A program made the position numbers and the translations under genes. Positions 32,694 to 42,509 of a DNA stretch of 64,000 nt are shown in pieces. Below the pieces are notes generated by a model. It was not told the DNA's origin, made no database searches, and worked only from the letters and a program-made list of their open reading frames with translations. Numbering within the stretch: the first letter of the stretch is position 1; the number at the start of each line of letters is the position of its first letter. Source of the stretch: Myxococcota bacterium (GTDB taxonomy: Bacteria > Myxococcota_A > UBA9160 > UBA6930); contig OZ245015.1 in NCBI GenBank assembly GCA_965223705.1, forward strand, positions 2,048,001-2,112,000, in the 5' to 3' direction.

Positions 32694-32769
32694 AGGCACG
32701 TAGCTCAGTGGCTAGAGCGCCGCCTTGACACGGCGGAGGTCGGCGGTTCGACCCCGCCCGTGCCTACCA
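32694..32769 (+). tRNA. tRNA-Val(GAC)
   Basis: Acceptor AGGCACG/CGTGCCT, anticodon arm CCGCC-TTGACAC-GGCGG, GGTTCGA T-loop, encoded CCA. Confidence 0.96.
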
Positions 32770-32839
32770 CCCACCCGCCGCAGCACGCGCGGCGACCGCG
32801 AGAGCACTCCGACCGCACGATGATTCGGGCATTCATTCG

Positions 32840-34768
32840 ATGAGCGAGATCGAAATCGGCCTGCCCGACGGTCGAACCTTGCCTGTGCCCGCAGGAGAGA
32901 CGGTTGCCGACGTCGCAGCGCGTATCGGGGCCGGTCTCGCCCGGGTCGCAGTCGCCGGGCGGATCGACGGCGGCCTGGTCGATTTGAGGACTCCGCTCAA
33001 CGCCTCGACGTCGCTCGAAATTGTCACGACCAAGGACGAAGCGGCCGGCGAAGTCCTCCGCCACTCGGCGGAACACGTCATGGCCGACGCGGTCAAGCGT
33101 TTGTTCCCCGGCGCTCAGGTCGATGTCGGACGCACCGATCACAGCGAGAAGTTCCACTACGACTTTCTCGTCGAGAATCCGTTTTCGACCGAAGATCTCG
33201 CCGCCATCGAAGCGGAAATGAAAAAGATCTTGAAGAGCAAGGCCCCCTTCGTGCGCGAAGTCGTCAGCCGAGACGAAGCCCGGGCGCTATTTCGCGAAAT
33301 GGGCGAGGAGCTGAAACTCTCCCGCATCGACGACATCCCCGACGGCCAGGACATCACGCTCTTTCGGCACGGTGACTTCGTCGACCTGTGCCGAGGGCCC
33401 CATGTGGCCCACGCCGGGCAGATCGGCGCGGTGAAGCTCCTCGAGGTGGCGGGGGCGTATTGGCGCGGTGACGAGAGCAATCCGATGCTTCAGCGCATCT
33501 ACGGGACGGCTTTCGGTTCGAAGAAGGAGCTCGCGGCACATCTCGAGCGGCTCGAGCAAGCGAAAGCGCGCGATCACCGACGCGTCGGTGCGGCCCTCGA
33601 TCTCTTCTACATCGACGGCATCTCCCCCGGTTCGCCCTTTTACAAGCCGAAGGGCATGGTGCTCTACAACGGGCTCGTCGACTACATCCGCTCGCTGTAT
33701 CCCGAGTACGGCTACGACGAAGTCATGACGCCGCAGGTGTTTCGGACCGATCTCTTCAAGACCTCGGGCCACTACGAGATGTTCCGCGACGACATGTTCC
33801 TGATGCAGGGGGACGAGGGGGAAGAGCTGGGCGTCAAGCCGATGAATTGCCCCGGCCACTGCATGCTCTACCAGTCGACAAAGCGGTCTTATCGCGATCT
33901 GCCCCTTCGCTTCGCGGAGTTCAGCAGGCTCCATCGCAATGAGCGGAGCGGAACGTTGACCGGACTCTCGCGCGTCCGGTCGATGGCTCAAGACGACGCC
34001 CATATTTTTTGCGAGCCCGAGGCGGTGCCGGAAGAGACCGCTCGCTTCTTCGAGATGACGCGCCAGGTCTACGCCGACCTCGGCATCGGGGACGTCAGCG
34101 TCGCGGTGTCGACCCGCCCGGACCGCTTCTTCGGGGAGCCCGAAGATTGGGACGCCGCGGAAAAGACGCTCATCGACGCCGTCGAGGCCGCCGGCTATTC
34201 CTGCGGGGTAAAAGAAGGAGAGGCGGCGTTCTACGCCCCGAAAGTGGAATTCGACTTCCAGGACGTCCTCGGGCGCTCCTGGACCCTCTCGACGCTGCAG
34301 ATCGATCTGGCGATGCCCGGGCGGTTCGGCCTCCGCTATGTCGGCCGAGACGGGGGCGAGCACCAGCCGGCGATGCTCCATCGCGCGGTTCTGGGCTCCC
34401 TCGAGCGCTTTATCGCCATCTATATCGAGCACACGGCCGGCGACTTCCCGCTCTGGCTGGCCCCGGTCCAGGTGGCGCTTTTACCCATCGCCGATCGACA
34501 TATTCCCTATGCTCGGCGGGTCTGCGACGCTTTGGGGGCCGCTGGGCTCCGGGCGGAAGTCGACACGAGGAGCGAAAAACTCGGTTTCAAGATTCGTGAA
34601 GCAGAGGTACAAAAGGTCCCGGTGATGGCCGTCATCGGCGATCAGGAAGAAGAGAACGGAACGGTCGCGCCGCGGATGCGAAAAGACGCGGGTCGCGACA
34701 TGGAGGCGACATCCATCGATGATTTTGTGGCGACGTTGGCAGACGAAGTGAAGAGGCGAAGCGCTTAA
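32840..34768 (+). CDS. thrS: Threonine--tRNA ligase
   Basis: TGS domain, RHSAEH, DLCRGPH, KPMNCPGH, HRNERSG, HRAVLGSLERF. Confidence 0.97.
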   Translation: MSEIEIGLPDGRTLPVPAGETVADVAARIGAGLARVAVAGRIDGGLVDLRTPLNASTSLEIVTTKDEAAGEVLRHSAEHVMADAVKRLFPGAQVDVGRTDHSEKFHYDFLVENPFSTEDLAAIEAEMKKILKSKAPFVREVVSRDEARALFREMGEELKLSRIDDIPDGQDITLFRHGDFVDLCRGPHVAHAGQIGAVKLLEVAGAYWRGDESNPMLQRIYGTAFGSKKELAAHLERLEQAKARDHRRVGAALDLFYIDGISPGSPFYKPKGMVLYNGLVDYIRSLYPEYGYDEVMTPQVFRTDLFKTSGHYEMFRDDMFLMQGDEGEELGVKPMNCPGHCMLYQSTKRSYRDLPLRFAEFSRLHRNERSGTLTGLSRVRSMAQDDAHIFCEPEAVPEETARFFEMTRQVYADLGIGDVSVAVSTRPDRFFGEPEDWDAAEKTLIDAVEAAGYSCGVKEGEAAFYAPKVEFDFQDVLGRSWTLSTLQIDLAMPGRFGLRYVGRDGGEHQPAMLHRAVLGSLERFIAIYIEHTAGDFPLWLAPVQVALLPIADRHIPYARRVCDALGAAGLRAEVDTRSEKLGFKIREAEVQKVPVMAVIGDQEEENGTVAPRMRKDAGRDMEATSIDDFVATLADEVKRRSA

Positions 34769-35424
34769 TGGGGCGGCGAGGCGGCCCCGTCGCACCCAGT
34801 CAAGATTCAACGCGTGTGAATGAGCGCATCCGAGCGCGCGAAGTCCGGCTCATCGGAGCCGAAGGCGAGCAGCTCGGTGTCATGTCTTCCGACGAGGCCC
34901 GCAACGTGGCCGACGAGAGCGGCCTGGATCTCGTCGAAGTCGCTCCCAACGCCAACCCGCCGGTTTGCCGGGTCATGGACTACGGCAAGTACAAGTACGA
35001 AGAGAAGAAGAAGAAGGCGGCGGGCAAGGCGAAGAGCCACTCCACGTCGCTCAAGGAAGTAAAACTACGGCCCGGAACCGACGATCACGACCTCGACTTC
35101 AAGCTCAAGAACGCGCGACGTTTCTTGATGGACGGAGACAAAGTCAAGGTCACGGTGATGTTCCGAGGGCGCGAGATGGCGCATCGTGAAAACGGTTACC
35201 GCCAGCTCGACAAGGTGAAGGAAATGCTCGGCGACCTCGCGGCGATGGAAAACGCGCCCAGGATGGAAGGCCGGTTCCTCTCGACAATTTTTGTCGCGAA
35301 CCGGGAGACCATCGCGCGTGTGAAGCGCGAAGAGGCGAAATCCAGCGACGGAGAAGCATCTCCGGATGCGGTGGCGGAGCAAGCGGAAACGCAAGACGAA
35401 GCGCCCGAAGGCGCGAACGCGTGA
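34768..35424 (+). CDS. infC: Translation initiation factor IF-3
   Basis: RVNERI..EVRLI, LDLVEV, MDYGKYKYE, KEVKLRP, FRGRE. Confidence 0.96.
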   Translation: MGRRGGPVAPSQDSTRVNERIRAREVRLIGAEGEQLGVMSSDEARNVADESGLDLVEVAPNANPPVCRVMDYGKYKYEEKKKKAAGKAKSHSTSLKEVKLRPGTDDHDLDFKLKNARRFLMDGDKVKVTVMFRGREMAHRENGYRQLDKVKEMLGDLAAMENAPRMEGRFLSTIFVANRETIARVKREEAKSSDGEASPDAVAEQAETQDEAPEGANA

Positions 35425-35451
35425 GTGGTAGAGGGGAGTGTTGCGAACACC

Positions 35452-35649
35452 ATGCCTAAGATGAAATCTCACCGCGGTGCTGCGAAGCGCTTTCGGAAGA
35501 CCGGCAGCGGTCGCGTGAAGCACCAGCGCCAGAACAAGCGGCACATCCTGACCAAGAAGCGGTCGAAGAGGAAGCGCCAGCTCCGCACCGAGGGCGAGCT
35601 CACCGGTGCGGACGCACAGCGGATCGACAAACTGATCCCGTATAAGTAG
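35452..35649 (+). CDS. rpmI: 50S ribosomal protein L35
   Basis: [20 protein letters not shown]; position between infC and rplT. Confidence 0.97.
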   Translation: MPKMKSHRGAAKRFRKTGSGRVKHQRQNKRHILTKKRSKRKRQLRTEGELTGADAQRIDKLIPYK

Positions 35650-35660
35650 AGGGGAACGAG

Positions 35661-36020
35661 ATGTCTCGCGTGAAGCGCGGCGTTACCGCACACAGACGAC
35701 ACAAGCGCGTGCTCAAAGAAGCCAAGGGCTACTGGGGCGGGCGCGGCAATCTGATCAAGACAGCGCGCGAAGCCGTGCACAAGGGCTGGGTGTACGCCTA
35801 CCGCGACCGCCGGCAGCGCAAACGCCAGTTCCGCGCACTCTGGATCGCTCGGATCAACGCTGCGGCGCGCGAGCACGGCATTTCCTACAGCCGGATGATC
35901 CACGGGCTCGGGGCGGCGGGCGTCGAGGTCGACCGCAAGAATCTCGCGGACCTCGCGGTGTCGGATCCCCAGGCCTTCTCGCAACTCGCGGAGCTCGCCA
36001 AGTCCAACGCCGGGTCATAA
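35661..36020 (+). CDS. rplT: 50S ribosomal protein L20
   Basis: [30 protein letters not shown]. Confidence 0.97.
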   Translation: MSRVKRGVTAHRRHKRVLKEAKGYWGGRGNLIKTAREAVHKGWVYAYRDRRQRKRQFRALWIARINAAAREHGISYSRMIHGLGAAGVEVDRKNLADLAVSDPQAFSQLAELAKSNAGS

Positions 36021-36028
36021 GCGCGGCT

Positions 36029-37021
36029 GTGGCTTCCGGGGGGGACGCGCTCGAAGAAATCGTCGAGGAGGCGGAAGCGGCACTCGAAGCCTGCGATTCG
36101 CTGACGGAACTCGCGGAAGTGCGCTCGCGCTTCCTCGGGAAGAAGGGCTCCGTGTCCGCGGTACTCCGCGGTATCGGCGAACTCAGTCCGGTGGAGCGCG
36201 GGCGCCTCGGCCAAGCGGCGAACGGCGCGAAGACGCGCATCGAGGCCGGCGTCGAAGCGCGGCGCGCTGCGCTCGAGGCTCGGGCGCAGGCGGAATCCCT
36301 CTCCGAACGTCGGGTCGACGTGACGCTACCGGGGGTGCCGGCGCCCCTCGGATCCCTCCACCCGGTGACCTTGATCGAACGGGAGATGACGTCGTTCTTC
36401 CGCTCGCTCGGCTACTCGATCGAGGACGGTCCCGAGATCGATACCGACTACAACAATTTTACGGCGCTGAACTTCCCCGAAGACCATCCCGCGCGCGACA
36501 CCCAGGACACCTTCTTCATCCGCGGCGGTCACGTCCTTCGCACCCACACGTCGAACATCCAGATTCGCGGCATGACCGGCCGCAAGCCGCCGTTTCGCTT
36601 TGTCGCGCCCGGTCGCGTTTATCGCCACGACCTCGATCCGACGCACTATCCGATGTTTCACCAAATCGAAGCCTTCTGCGTCGGTGAGGACGTGACGTTC
36701 GCCGACCTCAAGGGGACGCTCTACGCGTTCGCGAAACATCTGTTCGGCGGCGATGTCAAGTTGCGCTTCCGCGCGCACTTCTTCCCGTTTACCGAGCCCT
36801 CGGCCGAGATGGATTTCTGGTGGCGCGATCGCTGGCTCGAGTGGGGTGGCTGCGGGATGATCCATCCGAACGTCCTGCGCAACTGCGACATCGATCCGGA
36901 GAAGTACCAAGGCTTCGCGTTCGGTATGGGAATCGACCGCACGGCGATGCTGCGCTTCGGAATCCCGACGATCCATTGGCTGTTTGACGCCGACACGCGT
37001 GTCCTGGGGCAGGTCGGATGA
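36029..37021 (+). CDS. pheS: Phenylalanine--tRNA ligase alpha subunit
   Basis: HPARDTQDTF, LRTHTS, FHQIE, FPFTEPS, GFAFGMG. Confidence 0.97.
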   Translation: MASGGDALEEIVEEAEAALEACDSLTELAEVRSRFLGKKGSVSAVLRGIGELSPVERGRLGQAANGAKTRIEAGVEARRAALEARAQAESLSERRVDVTLPGVPAPLGSLHPVTLIEREMTSFFRSLGYSIEDGPEIDTDYNNFTALNFPEDHPARDTQDTFFIRGGHVLRTHTSNIQIRGMTGRKPPFRFVAPGRVYRHDLDPTHYPMFHQIEAFCVGEDVTFADLKGTLYAFAKHLFGGDVKLRFRAHFFPFTEPSAEMDFWWRDRWLEWGGCGMIHPNVLRNCDIDPEKYQGFAFGMGIDRTAMLRFGIPTIHWLFDADTRVLGQVG

Positions 37022-39414
37022 AAGTCCCCCTCGCGTGGCTCGCGGAATGGATCGACCTGCCTTCGCTCGAGGCGCTCGACGAGCGTTTGACGGTAGGCGG
37101 TCTCGAGATCGATGAAGTCATCCGTCAGGGGCCCGACCTATCCGGCTTGATCGTCGGTTACGTCGAGGCGCGCGAGCAACATCCCGATGCCGATCGACTT
37201 TCGGTCTGCCGCGTTGCCATCGGTGAAGACGAGCCGGTCGAAATCGTGTGCGGCGCGCCCAATGTCGACGCGGGGCAACACGTGGTCGTCGCGACCCACG
37301 GCACCGTGCTGCCCGATGGAACGAAGATCAAGCGCTCGAAGATCCGCGGCGTGCGCTCGAATGGAATGATCTGCTCGGCCCGGGAGCTCGGGCTCGGCGA
37401 CGACCACACGGGCATCCTGACGTTGTCGGGCACGCCCGAAGTCGGCGGCCCCGCCGACGCCGCGCTCGGCGGGGGCGACTGGGTGCTCGACATCGCAATC
37501 ACGCCCAACCGTGGAGACTGGCTGTCGATGCTCGGCATGGCGCGCGAGGTGCGCGCACATTTCGGAGGCGAGCTCCGAACGCCGCCTCTCGCGTGCGACG
37601 AGGCCGGCGAGTCGACTTCCGAGAGCATCACCCTGGCGGTCGACGACGGCGAGGGCTGCCCGCGCTACTGCGCGCGGATCGTGCGGGGCTTAACCGTCGG
37701 TCCGTCGCCGGACTGGATGCGCGAACGACTCGAAGCGGCGGGCGTTCGCTCGATCAGCAATGTCGTCGACGTGACGAACTACGTGATGCTCGAGTGGGGT
37801 CAGCCCCTGCACGCGTTCGACCTCGCGAAGCTTCGCGACGCGACGATCCGCGTTCGACGAGCGAAGCCGGGCGAGCGCCTGACGACCCTCGACGGGGAGG
37901 AGCGGGCGCTCCACGAAGACGATCTGGTCATCGCAGACGCCGAACGCGCGATTGCCCTGGCCGGGGTGATGGGCGGCGCCGAGACCGAGGTCGGTGAGAC
38001 CACGCGCGACGTGCTGATCGAAGCCGCGCTTTTCCATCCGGGACGCGTCCGCAAAACGGCGCGGCGGCACGGTCTTTCGACAGACGCGTCCTACCGGTTC
38101 GAGCGGAGTGTCGATCCCGAAGGGCCCGCGCGCGCGGCGACGCGCGCGGCGCAGCTCCTCGCGGAACTCGCCGGCGGCGAGGTCGCACCGGACATCGCTG
38201 TCGCTACCGGAGTCGCTCTCCCCGAACGGGCGTCGGTCCGCGTCGCGGTTGCCCGGGTGAATCGTCTACTCGGCACCGCGCTCACCGCTGAGGCAATGAC
38301 GGCTCTCCTCAAACGGCAGGACTTCGAGGTGCGAGAAGAAGCGGACGATCTCGTCTGTCTCGCTCCTTCGCACCGCAACGACATCGCGCTGCCCGTCGAC
38401 TTGATCGAAGAGATCGCGCGGATCCACGGCTACGACGAAATCGCGCCGACGCTACCGGCGGCGGTCGCAGCGGGCGTCACGGAGCCGCCGTTGCGTGCGA
38501 CGACAGAAACGGTGCGCGACGCGCTTCGCGCAGCGGGCTTGAACGAGATCATGACGTTCTCCGCGGCGCGGCGCGGGGATCCGGACGACCTGCGACTCGA
38601 AGCCGACGACCCGCGCCGTCGAATCGTTTCGCTCGAAAATCCCATCAAGGCCGAAGAGCCCGTGCTGCGGACCACGCTCGTCGCCTCGGCGCTGCGCGCC
38701 GTCGAGCAGAACCTCGCACGGCAGTTGCCGGGCGTCGGCGTCTTCGAGGTCGGTCGGGTATTTCTCGAGACCTCCCCGAGCGAGCTTCCCGAGGAGCGCA
38801 CCGAAGCCGTCGCAGCAATCGCGGGCGCGTGGGCGACGAACGTCTGGTCGAATGATGCCCCATTGTTCTTTCGGCTGAAGAGCGTCGTCACCCGGGTACT
38901 CGATGACCTGGGTGTGGCGCACCGGTTTCGGGCGGGCAGCGACGAGCCGTTTCTCCATCCCGGGGTCGCGGCGCAGTTCCTCGCCGGCCGGAGTGCGGTG
39001 GCATGGCTCGGTGAGCTTCATCCCGAGACAGCCGCTCGCTTCGAACTCGAGGCGCCAGTGGTGTTGGCGGGTTTTGACCTCGACGCGCTGCGCGCGGCGC
39101 CGCGTCCCGTGCCGACCGTCCAAGAAGTTTCGAAGTTTCCCAGCGCAAGTCGTGATTTCGCGGTACTTCTCGATGCCGAGACCCAGGCCGGAGCAGTCCT
39201 CGACGCGGCCCGAAAAGCCGCGGGAGGTCTGCTGACCGGGGCGGAAGTTTTCGACCGGTACGAAGGGAAAGGGGTTCCCGAGGGAAAAGTCAGTCTCGGG
39301 CTCAGGCTGACGTTCCAGAAAGTCGATCGAACCCTGAAGGACGCCGAGGTTTCGAAGGCCTGCGAGCGGGTCGTCGCCGCGCTCCACGAAAAGTTCGAAG
39401 GCGAACTTCGGTAG
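37018..39414 (+). CDS. pheT: Phenylalanine--tRNA ligase beta subunit
   Basis: VCGAPN, SNGMICS, TPNRGD, DVTNYV, DLIEEIARIHGYD, C-terminal FDX-ACB domain. Confidence 0.97.
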   Translation: MKVPLAWLAEWIDLPSLEALDERLTVGGLEIDEVIRQGPDLSGLIVGYVEAREQHPDADRLSVCRVAIGEDEPVEIVCGAPNVDAGQHVVVATHGTVLPDGTKIKRSKIRGVRSNGMICSARELGLGDDHTGILTLSGTPEVGGPADAALGGGDWVLDIAITPNRGDWLSMLGMAREVRAHFGGELRTPPLACDEAGESTSESITLAVDDGEGCPRYCARIVRGLTVGPSPDWMRERLEAAGVRSISNVVDVTNYVMLEWGQPLHAFDLAKLRDATIRVRRAKPGERLTTLDGEERALHEDDLVIADAERAIALAGVMGGAETEVGETTRDVLIEAALFHPGRVRKTARRHGLSTDASYRFERSVDPEGPARAATRAAQLLAELAGGEVAPDIAVATGVALPERASVRVAVARVNRLLGTALTAEAMTALLKRQDFEVREEADDLVCLAPSHRNDIALPVDLIEEIARIHGYDEIAPTLPAAVAAGVTEPPLRATTETVRDALRAAGLNEIMTFSAARRGDPDDLRLEADDPRRRIVSLENPIKAEEPVLRTTLVASALRAVEQNLARQLPGVGVFEVGRVFLETSPSELPEERTEAVAAIAGAWATNVWSNDAPLFFRLKSVVTRVLDDLGVAHRFRAGSDEPFLHPGVAAQFLAGRSAVAWLGELHPETAARFELEAPVVLAGFDLDALRAAPRPVPTVQEVSKFPSASRDFAVLLDAETQAGAVLDAARKAAGGLLTGAEVFDRYEGKGVPEGKVSLGLRLTFQKVDRTLKDAEVSKACERVVAALHEKFEGELR

Positions 39415-39435
39415 CGGCGCGAAGGAGGGCACAGC

Positions 39436-39741
39436 ATGACCAAAGCCGAAATCGTTGAGCACATCTACGAGCGCGTCGGATTTTCGAAGAAAGAGAGTGC
39501 CGAGCTCGTGGAGAAAGTATTCCACATGATCAAGGAGACCCTCGCGAACGGAGAGAAGGTCAAGATTTCGGGTTTCGGCAACTTCGTCGTGCGAGAGAAA
39601 AACGCGCGCAAAGGTCGCAATCCGCAGACCGGTGAAGAAATTCGTCTCGACGCGCGAAGAGTGCTCACCTTCAAGCCCAGCCTCGTGCTAAAGAACGCAT
39701 TGAACGAAGAGGACGAGACAGCGACTTCCGACGCGAACTAG
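39436..39741 (+). CDS. ihfA: Integration host factor alpha subunit
   Basis: MTKAEI, VKISGFGNF, GRNPQTGE; follows pheT. Confidence 0.93.
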   Translation: MTKAEIVEHIYERVGFSKKESAELVEKVFHMIKETLANGEKVKISGFGNFVVREKNARKGRNPQTGEEIRLDARRVLTFKPSLVLKNALNEEDETATSDAN

Positions 39742-39785
39742 CATCCGTCGGAACTGAAAGATCTCGCAGCGTGGTGGGGGCAGCG

Positions 39786-40289
39786 ATGAAGGAGCCGGCG
39801 AGTCGGAAGAGCTCTCGAGGGCAAGCGCCGAAGAAGAGGGCGTCCACTGTGCGCAAGGCGCGGGGCGGCGACGGCAAGCTCGCGGGGGCCACACCCGAAC
39901 TCCCCACCGACCTGGATGAAAAGCGCTACTTCCGCATTGGCGAGGTGAGTCGGATCGCGGGCGTGAAGCCTTATGTCCTGCGCTATTGGGAATCCGAGTT
40001 CCGCTGGATGGCGCCGGCGAAGTCGAAATCGAAGCAACGCCTCTATCGCAAGAAAGACATCGAGCGGATCCTGCTCATCCGGCGGCTGCTCCACGAAGAG
40101 CGGTACACCATTGCGGGAGCGCGAAAGCGCCTTCGCGAACTCGGGATGGAAGGTGTTCGCAAAGCGCTGTCGGAGCCCATCGCGACTCGGCAACCCGACT
40201 CGCCGAAGACGGGAAACGAAAGCCCTGCGGAGCGCCAAACCCTTCACAAGATCCGTGAAGAACTCGAGGCGATCCGCGCGCTAATCTAG
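39786..40289 (+). CDS. MerR-family HTH regulator
   Basis: KRYFRIGEVS..VKPYVLRYWESEF..QRLY..YTIAGA; conserved position after ihfA. Confidence 0.9.
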   Translation: MKEPASRKSSRGQAPKKRASTVRKARGGDGKLAGATPELPTDLDEKRYFRIGEVSRIAGVKPYVLRYWESEFRWMAPAKSKSKQRLYRKKDIERILLIRRLLHEERYTIAGARKRLRELGMEGVRKALSEPIATRQPDSPKTGNESPAERQTLHKIREELEAIRALI

Positions 40290-40296
40290 CGATCTC

Positions 40297-41496
40297 GTGG
40301 AGCCTCACTTCCGTAACGCTAGGTCGAGTGCCCGAGGCCGGATCTCGGTTCTCGCGGTCGTCGGTGCCTGCCTCGTCGCCGGCGCTGGACATGCGCAGTC
40401 GCCGGGAGAAGTCACGTGTGCCCCGTGGGGAGGCGAGCTTCGGCCTCTGCCTACGACCAGCGACCCGGATCCCGTCCTGGCGCGGTGGGCGCGTCTCCGA
40501 ACGCAGGATCTCGCCCGCGAAGCGGCAGCGCTCGAGGCGACCGACGTCGCGCGCGCACACGCCACCTGGCGACACGCCGCCTGCCTGAGTTCCGCCGACC
40601 CGGAAGTTGCCGCCGGGCTCAAGCGGACGCTTCCGGTGCGGGTGCACCGACCGAGCTTCGAGAAGGTGCGCGCTCGGTCGGAGCCGATTCCGTCCTCCCT
40701 CGACGGCGCGGTCGCGCGGCTCTCTGGGCCGGTTCAGTTCGCGACGGAAGAGCTCGCAGCACTCCAACAGACGCCGCGCGAGGTGCCCGACGCCGTTCCC
40801 GCGGCACGTGTGGTTCCAGAACGCGGGGAGCGCCCCGCGCCCGAGCCCGTCGTTCAGACCGAAGACCCCCCCCCGCTCGTTCCAGCCGAAGAACCGGCCT
40901 TGCCGCTGCCGGTTCGGCTCGAGGAACCGGGCTTGCCGCCGCCGGTTCGGCTCGAGGAACCGGGCTTGCCGCCGCCGGTTCGGCTCGAGGAACCGGGCTT
41001 GCCGCCGCCGGTTCGGCTCGAGGAACCGGGCTTGCCGCCGCCGGTTCCGCCTCAGCGCGAACAACCGTCTGGCATCGGCCCGTCCTTCTCACCGGGCCCC
41101 GGGCCGGAACAGCCTCCGCCCGAACCCGAGCTCGAAGAGCCCCCGCCGCGCACGCTCCCGCCGGAGCTGCCCGACGCGCTCCCCCCCGCGGTGTCCGCTC
41201 GAGGACCGTCCGACGCCGTTGTCCGCGCCCGGGATGCCCTTCGCGAGGCACGCTACGAGGCCGTCTTGGTCATCGCCGAGGAAGCGCGAGAGAAAACAGC
41301 GGAAGGCGCCGATCGCGCAGCTCTCGAGTTCGCGGCGGGAGTCGCGGCTATCGCACTCGGACAGACCGAGCGCGCCCGCGAGAGCTTCGCGCGCGCCATC
41401 ACCGAGGACACCGAGTTTTCGCCGGATCCGAGAACCACGTCTCCCAAGGTGCTGCGGGTGTTTGAGGACGTGTCACGCCAGAGGAGGGGACGGTGA
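40297..41496 (+). CDS. Exported Pro-rich protein with C-terminal TPR-like helical domain
   Basis: Signal peptide ending AGHA-Q; (EEPGLPPPVRL) repeats; C-terminal AGVAAIALGQTERARESFARAI..D..SPKV. Confidence 0.7.
   Translation: MEPHFRNARSSARGRISVLAVVGACLVAGAGHAQSPGEVTCAPWGGELRPLPTTSDPDPVLARWARLRTQDLAREAAALEATDVARAHATWRHAACLSSADPEVAAGLKRTLPVRVHRPSFEKVRARSEPIPSSLDGAVARLSGPVQFATEELAALQQTPREVPDAVPAARVVPERGERPAPEPVVQTEDPPPLVPAEEPALPLPVRLEEPGLPPPVRLEEPGLPPPVRLEEPGLPPPVRLEEPGLPPPVPPQREQPSGIGPSFSPGPGPEQPPPEPELEEPPPRTLPPELPDALPPAVSARGPSDAVVRARDALREARYEAVLVIAEEAREKTAEGADRAALEFAAGVAAIALGQTERARESFARAITEDTEFSPDPRTTSPKVLRVFEDVSRQRRGR
40888..41046 (+). repeat. 33-bp coding tandem repeat, about 4.8 copies (EEPGLPPPVRL)
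   Basis: GAGGAACCGGGCTTGCCGCCGCCGGTTCGGCTC is exact at 40921, 40954 and 40987, divergent at 40888, partial at 41020. Confidence 0.95.
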
Positions 41497-42509
41497 AAGG
41501 CCAGGCATCGACACGAAGCGCGCTGCTGTTGCTGACGCTTCTCCTCTGGGCCTGCCAGCCTCAGCCGCGAAAGGCGCTTCCGGCGGTGTCTGCGCCCCCG
41601 CCCGGACCTCCCGCGACGCTCTCCGTCGAAATCCTCGGCGCACCGGGCGCTACCGCGAACAACTCACGCGCAAACGGCCAGGTCTTCGTTCTTCTCGATC
41701 TCACGCAATCGATGCGCGTGCCGGACGTCGCCGGTGTGTCGCGCGACACGCTCGCGCGGCGCGCGGCGGCCGACTTCCTCCGTGCGTTGCCCGCGAACCA
41801 ACCGACTGAAGTCGCGACGATGGGCACGCGGGGTGAGTACGGTGGCTGTACGGCTCCGGAGTCCCTGCGCGGCGCGGCGAACCGTTCCGAACTCGCTTCC
41901 CAGGTGGAGAGCGCCGGCACCGAAGGCGAGGCGTCGGAAGGCTCGCTCACACTCGCCATCGACGACGCGCGCCGCCGGCTCGCCGCGGACCGAGAATCGG
42001 CGGCGGGGAGCCCGAGGCTCGTCGTGTTTTCCGACCTCGCCTCGGATTGCGGCGGCAATTGGTGCGAAGCCGTGACCCGAGCCGCCGGCGATGGCATCGC
42101 CGTGGAAATCGTCGAACTCGGGCCCGCTCGGAGCGAGTCCTGTGTCGCGGCGCTACGCGTTCCCGATGCCGAGCCCGTCCGGCGGGAATCGCCGGATCCG
42201 GACCGGCATCCCGTTTTCCAGGTCCGCCGCGCGAACCCGGACGGACGCCCCGGAGAAATTCTCGTCAACGGGCGCGCTGGGACAGCCGATGTAACGGTGC
42301 CCGCAGGTCGCATCGTCGTAGCCATCGAGCTCGAACCGGCGGAATGGGTCGGGCCCCTCGAGCTGCGAGCGGGTTCGCGCACACGCATTCGGGTGCTCGA
42401 CTTCGTGCGATCGAACCCGCCGTGGCGCGAGATCTTTATCGAGCCCGGAGCCGCCGACAACGCCCGAGTCCGCGAGGAGGGCCAGTGGCCGCTCGCCACC
42501 AATCCGTAG
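41493..42509 (+). CDS. Putative lipoprotein with VWA domain
   Basis: Lipobox-like LLLWAC; VLLDLTQSM (MIDAS-like), LVVFSD...DC. Confidence 0.7.
   Translation: MKGQASTRSALLLLTLLLWACQPQPRKALPAVSAPPPGPPATLSVEILGAPGATANNSRANGQVFVLLDLTQSMRVPDVAGVSRDTLARRAAADFLRALPANQPTEVATMGTRGEYGGCTAPESLRGAANRSELASQVESAGTEGEASEGSLTLAIDDARRRLAADRESAAGSPRLVVFSDLASDCGGNWCEAVTRAAGDGIAVEIVELGPARSESCVAALRVPDAEPVRRESPDPDRHPVFQVRRANPDGRPGEILVNGRAGTADVTVPAGRIVVAIELEPAEWVGPLELRAGSRTRIRVLDFVRSNPPWREIFIEPGAADNARVREEGQWPLATNP

Noticed and set aside
32770..32839. T-box or thrS operator leader
   Set aside because: Only 70 nt and no T-box consensus
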